Shown here piece by piece: positions 16,724 to 29,234 of a DNA stretch of 34,953 bases; position 1 is the first letter of the stretch, and every line of letters begins with the position of its first letter. The notes under the pieces were generated by a model that was not told where the DNA came from, searched no databases, and saw only the letters and a program-made list of their open reading frames with translations. Source of the stretch: an uncultured Bacilli bacterium (GTDB taxonomy: Bacteria; Bacillota_I; Bacilli_A; RFN20; CAG-826); contig CAUWDL010000001.1 in assembly GCA_963557285.1 (NCBI GenBank), forward strand, positions 1-34,953, read 5' to 3'. The position numbers and the translations under genes were made by a program.

Positions 16724-16933
16724 TTATTCTTTAACTAGTTTTCCTAAATATTTTTCAACATTAAGTAAAGAGACTGTGGCTGTTTCTTCATCCATAAATA
16801 AATCATCTAAAAAGGTTACAACAGCTTCTTCATTTTGCTTATCTAAATAAACAATACGTGCAAGTCTATAGTTGTGTGAATCATCAAACACTTTAACTAT
16901 ATTTCCTATTTCAATTTTTTTCTTATAATTCAT
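16724..16933 (-). CDS. small hypothetical protein (69 aa)
   Basis: The ORF has coding-like composition and no SD. A TATAAT (16940-16945) lies exactly 6 nt upstream of the ATG, suggesting a leaderless mRNA. Confidence 0.45.
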   Translation of the reverse strand: MNYKKKIEIGNIVKVFDDSHNYRLARIVYLDKQNEEAVVTFLDDLFMDEETATVSLLNVEKYLGKLVKE

Positions 16934-17062
16934 GATACTATTATAAAAGACAATTAATTAATTTCGCATATAAAATAATAAATAATTCAATAACATATTA
17001 AATAACTCCTTTCACTAACACAAAACAAAAAAGTAAAAGTTTTTTCATTTTTTTCAAAATAA

Positions 17063-17133
17063 AAACCCTGTTTGAATAAATCTCAAATAAATAAAATCAT
17101 TTAATTAAAGATTCAATCCAATATTACAGGGTG
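17063..17133 (-). terminator. possible terminator after the CofE-like gene (long interrupted hairpin + T-run)
   Basis: ACCCTGT (17126-17132) pairs with ACAGGGT (17065-17071), with an inner TTGAAT/ATTCAA pair, followed by TTTTATTTT. The 54-nt interior makes it non-canonical. Confidence 0.35.
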
Positions 17134-17139
17134 AATAAA

Positions 17140-18333
17140 TTAATTTGTGTAGTTATCGAAATAGCCTTGAACAAGTATAATAGGCGTGCCTTTATCACCA
17201 CTTCCACTTGTTAAATCGCAAAGGGAACCAATCAAATCAGTTAATTGTCTTGGTGTTGTCCCTTGAGAAGCCATTTGTCCAACAAGATTCTTTTCTTTAT
17301 GCTTAATTTTTTCTTCAATTGCTTTTTTAAGTTCTTCACCTTTTAGATTTTTAAAATCATTATCAGCTAAATACTTAAGCTTTAATTCGTTAGGTGTTCC
17401 AATTAAACCATTTGTGTAAAATGGTGAAACAACTGGATCAGCTAACTCCCAAATTTTTCCTTGTGGATCTTTAAAGGCTCCATCACCATAAACCATTACT
17501 TCAACATGTTTTCCAGTTTTATTTAAAATATTGCTTTGAATTTTCTCAACAAGATCTTGTGAATCACGAGGGAATAATTTAATGACGTCTTCAGTTGATT
17601 TATTACTTCCTAGTAATCCATAAGTCTCGTTAAAACCACTTCCATTAATAGAAGATGTTAATAAATCATCTAGACTATATACTTTTTGAGCCCCATTATT
17701 TAATAAAATACGTTTTGTTCTTTTTCTAGTATGAATATCACAATTAATTACATTTTTTGTATAATTTAAAATAGTTTTAGCTTGGTTTGCAAATATGACT
17801 TCGACTTCAGCGCCGCATTCCTTAATAAGATTTGAATAATATTCAACATAATCAACACCTGTAAATTCATGTTTTGCATATCCGAATAATTTTCTATATG
17901 TTTCTAAGTCAAGTACGTCGCTATATGGATTGATTCCAGCTTCATCGATTTTATCTAATGAAACCAATGAATTGCCGACTTCATCGCTAGGATAACTAAG
18001 CATTAAATAAATCTTTTTAGCTCCTAAAGCGATACCTTTCAATACAATTGCAAATCTATTTCTTGAAAGAATTGGAAATATGACACCGATTTCAGAATGT
18101 CCAAATTTGCTTTCAACATCATCCTTGATGTCATTAACAGTACAATAATTTCCTTGAGCCCTAGCTACAATAGATTCAGTTATTGCTATAACATCTCTAT
18201 CACGTAGTTCAAATCCATCTGTTTCACCAGCATGGAGAACAGAATCAACAACAATCTTAGATAAATCATCACCCTCTCTAATAATTGGGCATCTTATACC
18301 TCTAGAAACAGTACCAACATTTCTTTCTTTCAT
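17140..18333 (-). CDS. F420-0:gamma-glutamyl ligase (CofE)-like protein, long form
   Basis: 397 aa. DRDVIAITESIVARAQG and LLGSN...VEVMVYGDGAFKDPQG resemble the two conserved CofE blocks. An AGAGGAAAA SD is present. Confidence 0.6.
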   Translation of the reverse strand: MKERNVGTVSRGIRCPIIREGDDLSKIVVDSVLHAGETDGFELRDRDVIAITESIVARAQGNYCTVNDIKDDVESKFGHSEIGVIFPILSRNRFAIVLKGIALGAKKIYLMLSYPSDEVGNSLVSLDKIDEAGINPYSDVLDLETYRKLFGYAKHEFTGVDYVEYYSNLIKECGAEVEVIFANQAKTILNYTKNVINCDIHTRKRTKRILLNNGAQKVYSLDDLLTSSINGSGFNETYGLLGSNKSTEDVIKLFPRDSQDLVEKIQSNILNKTGKHVEVMVYGDGAFKDPQGKIWELADPVVSPFYTNGLIGTPNELKLKYLADNDFKNLKGEELKKAIEEKIKHKEKNLVGQMASQGTTPRQLTDLIGSLCDLTSGSGDKGTPIILVQGYFDNYTN

Positions 18334-18618
18334 ATTTTTCCTCTCTTAGAATAATACATTGCACACAATAAAAGCAGCTTTCAATAAGCATTTTTTAATT
18401 ATATACTATTTTATTTTAGCATAATAATGTGTGATTTCAGTTATGTTTAATAAATATAAATAACTAGTGACACACTTGAATTTATAAGCATCTTCTAGAG
18501 TAATACATCTCTTAATTAAAGCCATAATTCAACTCGCTTTTACCGGTGATTATTTTAATACATTTTTAAAAAAAGACAACTTTAATTATAAACAAAATAA
18601 AAATTTTAGTTTGCATAT

Positions 18619-18645
18619 AAAAAGCTCTGCCTATAAAGCAGAGCT
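18619..18645 (-). terminator. rho-independent terminator after the alcohol dehydrogenase gene
   Basis: The minus strand reads GCTCTGC-tttatag-GCAGAGC followed by TTTTT. Confidence 0.8.
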
Positions 18646-18660
18646 ATATTAATATTATTT

Positions 18661-19845
18661 TTAGAATTTATAAGGTTTATTATAATAGCAGCACTTAAAG
18701 AGTTCTTCCATATGTTTATCATCGATTGGGTTTGGGTTAGTTCCTGTGCATGCGTCTAATACAGCATTATGGCTTATAGTAGCTAATTTTTCCTTAAATT
18801 CATCTTCATTAACACCAAATTCTTGCATTGAATGTGGAATGCCTAATAATGTATTTAATTCATGAATTCTATTGATTAAGCCTTGAGTTTGTTCGTGAGC
18901 ATCTTTGCCTTCAATTCCTAAAGCTTGTGCAATTTGTGCATATCTTTCCAATGCTACTTTGTTATTTGCATTATATTCAATAACATGTGGAAGGTACATT
19001 GCATTGGCACATCCGTGTGGAATATGTCCTGTTGAGAATGCTGCACCTGTTTTATGAGCCATTGAGTGTACAATGCCTAATAAAGCGTTTGAGAATGCCA
19101 TTCCAGCTAAACATTGCGCATAGTGCATATCTTCTCTACCTTTTCCTTCTGGATTATTGAACGAATCAACTAATGATGTATTAATCATTTTAATCGCTTT
19201 TAATGCTAATGGATCTGTAAAAACAGTTGCCATAGTAGAAACATAAGCTTCGATAGCGTGTGTCATTGCATCCATGCCAGTGTATGCGACTTGTTTTTGA
19301 GGTAATCCTCTAACGATATCAGGATCAACGATTGCAACATCAGGTGTTATTTCAAAATCAGCTAATGGATATTTAATACCCTTTGCGTAATCGGTAATAA
19401 CTGAGAAAGCAGTAACTTCAGTTGCAGTTCCACTTGTAGATGGAATCGCGACGAATCTTGCTTTTGTTCTTAATTTTGGGAATGAAAATGGTGTACACAA
19501 AGTTTCAAAAGTTGTATCTGGATATTCATAGAATGCCCACATAGCTTTTGCAGCGTCAATTGGAGAACCACCACCAATAGCAACAATCCAATCTGGTTGG
19601 AACTTTCTCATTGCTTCAGCACCCTTCATAACAGTTTCAATTGATGGATCAGGTTCAACACCTTCGAATGTTTCAACCTCTAATCCAGCTTCTTTTAAAT
19701 AATTAATTGTTTTGTCTAAGAAACCACTTGCTTTCATTGCATGGCCACCACAAACAACAATTGCTCTTTTTCCTTCTAAAGTTTTGAGATCTGCTAATGA
19801 ACCTGAACCATAGTAGATATCTCTAGGTAATGTAAATCTTGACAT
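18661..19845 (-). CDS. iron-containing (group III) alcohol dehydrogenase
   Basis: 394 aa with GGGSPIDAAKA and His-rich metal motifs (HAIEAY, HSMAHK, HGCANA). A TAGGAGGA SD is present. Confidence 0.9.
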   Translation of the reverse strand: MSRFTLPRDIYYGSGSLADLKTLEGKRAIVVCGGHAMKASGFLDKTINYLKEAGLEVETFEGVEPDPSIETVMKGAEAMRKFQPDWIVAIGGGSPIDAAKAMWAFYEYPDTTFETLCTPFSFPKLRTKARFVAIPSTSGTATEVTAFSVITDYAKGIKYPLADFEITPDVAIVDPDIVRGLPQKQVAYTGMDAMTHAIEAYVSTMATVFTDPLALKAIKMINTSLVDSFNNPEGKGREDMHYAQCLAGMAFSNALLGIVHSMAHKTGAAFSTGHIPHGCANAMYLPHVIEYNANNKVALERYAQIAQALGIEGKDAHEQTQGLINRIHELNTLLGIPHSMQEFGVNEDEFKEKLATISHNAVLDACTGTNPNPIDDKHMEELFKCCYYNKPYKF

Positions 19846-20107
19846 ATTATCCTCCTAACTTACCTTTCCATTTTTGGTACGCCATTATTTTAACAAAGCA
19901 TTATTTTTTTGTGAATAACAAAATGGTAAAAAAATACTGAATTAATTTTAGTGATTATACATGAAATTATTTAAAAATTTAAAAAATTTCGATTACATCG
20001 ATACTTTATTGATTTTTGGTCATAAAATTAACTTAATTTATTCACTTTAAAATTAAAGTAAAAACATTAAAATTTGATATTTTATTATAAAATATGATAT
20101 TTTTATC

Positions 20108-20135
20108 AAAATAAAACGCACCATAAAATGGTGCG
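20108..20135 (-). terminator. rho-independent terminator after the macro-domain gene
   Basis: The minus strand reads CGCACCAT-ttt-ATGGTGCG followed by TTTTATTTTG. Confidence 0.85.
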
Positions 20136-20159
20136 AATTATTAATATTTATATATAAAT

Positions 20160-21062
20160 TCAGTTAAGTCCTAAAGGCTTCGCTTCATAATTAAATAAAG
20201 CTTTATTAATTGCGTAAACGTCATATACTTTTTTTCTTATAAAATAAACAACAGCTAAAGCAACAACAGAATTTCTTAATGAATTGTATCCTAAAGTTTT
20301 TACTAATGTTAAAGTTTCATCTTCATTTAATTGTAGTCCAATCGCTAATGCTAATGCTAAATTTTTAGAAGGTACACAAAGTTCGTCAGAAAACATTTCA
20401 TTTAATAATAATGGTGAAATATTACTTCTTTGAATTAAGGTTTCTTTATCAACATTCTTTTCTTCTATAAATTGTTTAAGTTGTTCAACAAACTTTCTAT
20501 TAACAAATATAGGTTCGTCTTGCATCTTTGAATCGAAATTATCAATAATAAAATTCTTAAGTTTTACGTGTTCGTCTTCAGTTAATAAATCTGGAAAATT
20601 TTTAAATATAACAAGATAAATAACAAAATCTTTATGATCAGCTAAAAACTTTAAAAATTCATCTTGTGCAACATCATAAGCATCGCTTAAAGGATAATTA
20701 AATTCGCCACTTAACAAAGGAAAAGCTACTGATTTATATCCTTGTTCTAAACATATCTTAAATACTGATCTATATGCGCTTCTTAATAATTTTTCTTCAT
20801 TGTGCTTACCGTTGATATAAATAGGAGCTACAGCATGAATAATTCCTTTACAATTTGTCAAATTAAACGAAGGAGTTAAAACAGCCTTTCCTACATCACA
20901 TCTTCCGATTGCTTTACACGCTCTACCTAATTCTGCATCACCTGCTTTATGAAAAATAGCACGACCAACGCCTTCAACCATTTTCAGATTTACATTACTT
21001 GCATTAACGATAGCGTCTACATTACTTGCGACTAAATCACCTTTTTTAAGATAGAATGGCAT
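20160..21062 (-). CDS. macro (ADP-ribose-binding/hydrolase) domain protein fused to a C-terminal HTH-like domain
   Basis: N-terminus VDAIVNASN...GVGRAIFHKAG...IIHAVAPIY is a macro domain. The C-terminal roughly 110 aa (ETLIQRSNISPLLLNEMFSD...PSKNLALALAIGLQLNEDETLTLVKTLGY) look like an XRE-type HTH plus a tail. An AGGAGGG SD is present. Confidence 0.75.
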   Translation of the reverse strand: MPFYLKKGDLVASNVDAIVNASNVNLKMVEGVGRAIFHKAGDAELGRACKAIGRCDVGKAVLTPSFNLTNCKGIIHAVAPIYINGKHNEEKLLRSAYRSVFKICLEQGYKSVAFPLLSGEFNYPLSDAYDVAQDEFLKFLADHKDFVIYLVIFKNFPDLLTEDEHVKLKNFIIDNFDSKMQDEPIFVNRKFVEQLKQFIEEKNVDKETLIQRSNISPLLLNEMFSDELCVPSKNLALALAIGLQLNEDETLTLVKTLGYNSLRNSVVALAVVYFIRKKVYDVYAINKALFNYEAKPLGLN

Positions 21063-21200
21063 TTTTATTCCCTCCTAATAATGCTTGAATTATAGCAAAA
21101 AATTCAATTTTTTTGTATAAATAACAATCACTTTTCTATTTTAATTATTAAGATAATATTATTTAGTATTTAATACTAGATTTTTAAAAGTTTTGTTTTA

Positions 21201-21209
21201 TGTTATATT
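21201..21209 (+). promoter_or_regulatory. extended -10 (TGTTATATT) candidate promoter for degV
   Basis: TGnTATATT lies 30 nt upstream of the degV ATG. Confidence 0.35.
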
Positions 21210-21238
21210 TTTTTAGATTTAATTTGTGGAGGAATATT

Positions 21239-22102
21239 ATGAAAATTTGTATTATCACTGATGAAAACGCAGGTTTTACAACTGAAGAATTAAAAGAACT
21301 CAATGTTGCCTTGGTTAAAATGCCAATTCTCATTGATGGAAATGAATATTTCGAAAATACCACAATTAAATCTGAAGAGTTCTATGCAAAACTTAATAGT
21401 GGTTCAGACATCAAAACAAGTCAACCAGCTCCTGGGGCTATTCTTGAGTTATGGGACAATCTTTTAAAAGAATATGATGCTCTTATTCATATTCCAATGT
21501 CTAGTGGCTTAAGTGAGGAATGCAATACATCAAAAGTTTTAGCTAGAGATTATGAAAACAAAGTATTTGTTGTAGATAATCATAGAATAAGTGTTACTTT
21601 AAAAACAGCTGTTAGAGACGCAGTTAAACTTGTTAATGACGGAAAATCAGCAAAAGAAATACAATCATATTTAGAAAATGACGCCTATAACACCTCTATT
21701 TACATCATGGTTGATACGTTAAAATATTTAGTTAAGGGTGGAAGAATTACTCCAGCAGCTGCTTTAATTGGCGGAGCACTTCATGTTAAACCTATTTTAA
21801 CAATTAACGGCTTAAAACTAGACGCTTATAAAAAAGCTATAGGAACAAAAAAAGCTAAATTAATTTTAATTAACGCCATTAAAGAAGATTTGGCCCAAAA
21901 ATTTAAAGATTTTGATAAAAAAGATTTAGTGTTTCAAATGGCTTATACACAAGATATCGAAACTGCATGTGAGTTTAGAAAAGATTTTGCAGAGGCTATT
22001 GAAGTCGATCCAGATTCTATTGAATTAAATCCACTTTCATTAAGTGTTGCTACACATATTGGCCCTGGCGCTTTAGCTGTAACAGTTACGCACAAATTAT
22101 AG
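21239..22102 (+). CDS. DegV family fatty-acid-binding protein
   Basis: Start is MKICIITDENAG with a GTGGAGG SD; the ORF track start 21200 is unlikely. DegV motifs TSQPAPG, SSGLSEECN and YLVKGGRI are present. Confidence 0.9.
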   Translation: MKICIITDENAGFTTEELKELNVALVKMPILIDGNEYFENTTIKSEEFYAKLNSGSDIKTSQPAPGAILELWDNLLKEYDALIHIPMSSGLSEECNTSKVLARDYENKVFVVDNHRISVTLKTAVRDAVKLVNDGKSAKEIQSYLENDAYNTSIYIMVDTLKYLVKGGRITPAAALIGGALHVKPILTINGLKLDAYKKAIGTKKAKLILINAIKEDLAQKFKDFDKKDLVFQMAYTQDIETACEFRKDFAEAIEVDPDSIELNPLSLSVATHIGPGALAVTVTHKL

Positions 22103-22909
22103 TTATTTATTATTGATTAAATTTATTAATGCATAAGGAACACCTAAGTCATCAACATTTTTTGTAACAAATTTAGCAACATCCTTACATTCTTGAACAG
22201 CATTTCCCATAGCAATTCCAACAAAGTCTCTAATCATTTTAAAATCATTGCCAGCGTCACCGAAAGTAAAAACATTATTTTTATCAATAGATAAATACTT
22301 TCTTAAAAATTCTACGCCGACACTTTTGTCGGTGTTTTTATTTATAAATTCAATATAAATTGGAGCTGTTCTAACAATTTGATAACTTTTCTTTTCGCTT
22401 TCAGTTATTTCACTTTCAAATTTTGAAGATAAATCCTTTTTACTTGCTATCATAAATTTTAAGATTGGTGTATCAAGAGGTAGAGCTCTATCTTGGAACA
22501 TAAAAGAAGTGAAGGTACCATTACAATTTGTTTCTACTTCAATATACTTGTCCAATTTAAAACAGCCGACTTCTTTTTCGGTATAAGCATAAATATTAGC
22601 ATTTTCACAATTGAAAATGTTTTTATGATTATTTAAAAAATTATAATAATCAATTAGTTTCAAGCAAGATAAATTTAAAATTTCGCCATTTTCCTTGCAA
22701 ACCTCGGCTCCATTTGCACAAATAGCGAACTTCTTTCCGCTAGTAAATTGATTTAAATATTGAATAATGCCCTGATAAGGCCTTCCACTTGCTATAGCAA
22801 CTACATCTCCATTCTTCAATAGATTGTTAATCGAATTAATAACTTCCTGTCTTAAAATTTTATCTCTACCTACTAAAGTTCCATCTACATCAAAAACAAA
22901 TAATCTCAT
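22103..22909 (-). CDS. Cof-type HAD-IIB phosphatase
   Basis: It carries the FVFDVDGTL motif I and a C-terminal FGDAGND motif. Preferred start is ATG 22909 (MRLFVFDVDG); the ORF is open to TTG 22945. There is no SD, and TATAAT lies 7 nt upstream of ATG 22909. Confidence 0.8.
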   Translation of the reverse strand: MRLFVFDVDGTLVGRDKILRQEVINSINNLLKNGDVVAIASGRPYQGIIQYLNQFTSGKKFAICANGAEVCKENGEILNLSCLKLIDYYNFLNNHKNIFNCENANIYAYTEKEVGCFKLDKYIEVETNCNGTFTSFMFQDRALPLDTPILKFMIASKKDLSSKFESEITESEKKSYQIVRTAPIYIEFINKNTDKSVGVEFLRKYLSIDKNNVFTFGDAGNDFKMIRDFVGIAMGNAVQECKDVAKFVTKNVDDLGVPYALINLINNK

Positions 22910-22975
22910 AATAAAAATTATAAATAATGGATTCATCATATTCAATTAAGAATAAAAAGTGATTATAATTTAATC

Positions 22976-23305
22976 ATGTCAGATAGAGGAATGAAAAAAT
23001 GGATGCCATTTTCAAGTCTTGTTGAGCAAGGCTCTTTTCTCGATAAAATGATTTACGAAAAAAACAAAATTTCAAAACCTCAAGTTAGTATAGAACAATC
23101 AAGAAAAATAGATAGAATTCTAAGAGAATATCATAACGAGACTCTTAGTATGACAATTTATATCGACGGTTACTTATACACCTATGACGGTAAGATTAAA
23201 AAAATAGATGTTTCTAGTAAGCAAATCTTTCTAGAAGACATCTACGTTCCTATTAAAAATATTATTGATATTGAAGATCCTGATCCCTTTTATGATGTTT
23301 ATTAA
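22976..23305 (+). CDS. YolD-like protein
   Basis: 109 aa with an N-terminal DRGMKKWMPF motif and a later TIYIDG...GKIKKID pattern typical of the YolD family. There is no SD, and TATAAT lies 6 nt upstream of the ATG. Confidence 0.6.
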   Translation: MSDRGMKKWMPFSSLVEQGSFLDKMIYEKNKISKPQVSIEQSRKIDRILREYHNETLSMTIYIDGYLYTYDGKIKKIDVSSKQIFLEDIYVPIKNIIDIEDPDPFYDVY

Positions 23306-23958
23306 TATCCATATTTTTCTTCTCTTCTTGTAAAGAAAGGATATAGTAAAAATACTGTACCAAATAATATTGATGTAAGACCTTTTAAAATACTATAACA
23401 TAAATATAATATTCCACTTGTATTAAAAGTAATATTCGCACAATCAGTAAAATAAAGCGATGCATTTGCTACATTAGCAACAAAAATAATAACACCTAAT
23501 ACTTTTAAAATCGTTAAAGTAGTTTTACTTTCGCGTCTATTGAGTTTTCCTAGAAATACAAAATATAAAATTCCAGCTAATGATGATGAAAATAATGTCG
23601 TAACTAATGCAGCATTTAAACCACTCAAACCATTACCTGCTAAGCCAAAAACTAATTGGTCGATTGCAGGGAAAATATACTCAAATATACAAATAATAAG
23701 TAAGTTTTGATTAACTAAACCAAGTCTATTAGATTCCTTTGCAACTAAGAAATTTTTGGTTAGCATTAAATAAAATAAACAATTAATTGCTGTTAAGATA
23801 AGTTGATAAATACTATCACTCATATTAGCGCTTGATGTTGCATAAAAGCCTAATGCAACTAAACAATTTATAACAGCTAATCCTGTAGCAATTGCACCTA
23901 ATGTGCCTACATGAAAACTGCGTAATTTTCGCATAATTTTATTCTTTAACTCGTTCAT
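23302..23958 (-). CDS. polytopic membrane protein of unknown function, last gene of the glycoside operon
   Basis: 218 aa with about 6 hydrophobic segments. A GGAGGA SD lies inside the end of the GH2 gene, with a 2-nt gap to the GH2 stop. Confidence 0.6.
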   Translation of the reverse strand: MNELKNKIMRKLRSFHVGTLGAIATGLAVINCLVALGFYATSSANMSDSIYQLILTAINCLFYLMLTKNFLVAKESNRLGLVNQNLLIICIFEYIFPAIDQLVFGLAGNGLSGLNAALVTTLFSSSLAGILYFVFLGKLNRRESKTTLTILKVLGVIIFVANVANASLYFTDCANITFNTSGILYLCYSILKGLTSILFGTVFLLYPFFTRREEKYGY

Positions 23959-23960
23959 AA

Positions 23961-29233
<5,273 letters not shown>

Positions 29234-29234
29234 A

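Noticed and set aside
18400-18530. 39-aa minus-strand ORF (MALIKRCITLEDAYKFKCV...) in the CofE-like leader, and a 29-aa plus-strand ORF at about 19961-20050
   Set aside because: Neither has an SD or a convincing promoter, and their lengths are consistent with chance in AT-rich spacers. The first region is kept only as part of the possible leader-RNA observation.
19903-19925. Rex-box-like TTGTGAA upstream of the alcohol dehydrogenase gene
   Set aside because: Only one half-site is present (TTGTGAATAACAAAATGG) and the partner TTCACAA is missing. Chance occurrence is likely in AT-rich DNA.
19986-20003. cre-like element (minus strand ATGTAATCGAAATTT) and TCGAT-TAC-ATCGA palindrome about 140 bp upstream of adh
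   Set aside because: It has one mismatch at a conserved C of the cre consensus and is distant from the likely promoter. It cannot be distinguished from chance without comparative data.
20160-21062. Macro-domain gene as the DarG antitoxin of a DarTG toxin-antitoxin/defence pair
   Set aside because: No DarT-like or any other gene is co-oriented next to it. The gene is monocistronic between a terminator and a divergent promoter.
17072-21106. Recurrent TTGAAT(T)/(A)ATTCAA inverted repeats at 17072-17125, 18476-18532 and 21084-21106 as a shared regulatory motif
   Set aside because: Hexamers of this composition are expected dozens of times in 35 kb of roughly 70% AT DNA, and the spacer lengths differ widely (9, 43, about 40 nt). 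I treat them as independent local features only.
13969-23305. Mobile element, prophage remnant or genomic island, suggested by a lone tRNA and a YolD-like gene (a family often phage- or ICE-associated)
   Set aside because: There is no integrase, recombinase, transposase, direct repeat of the tRNA 3' end, or phage structural gene. The intervening genes are metabolic housekeeping.
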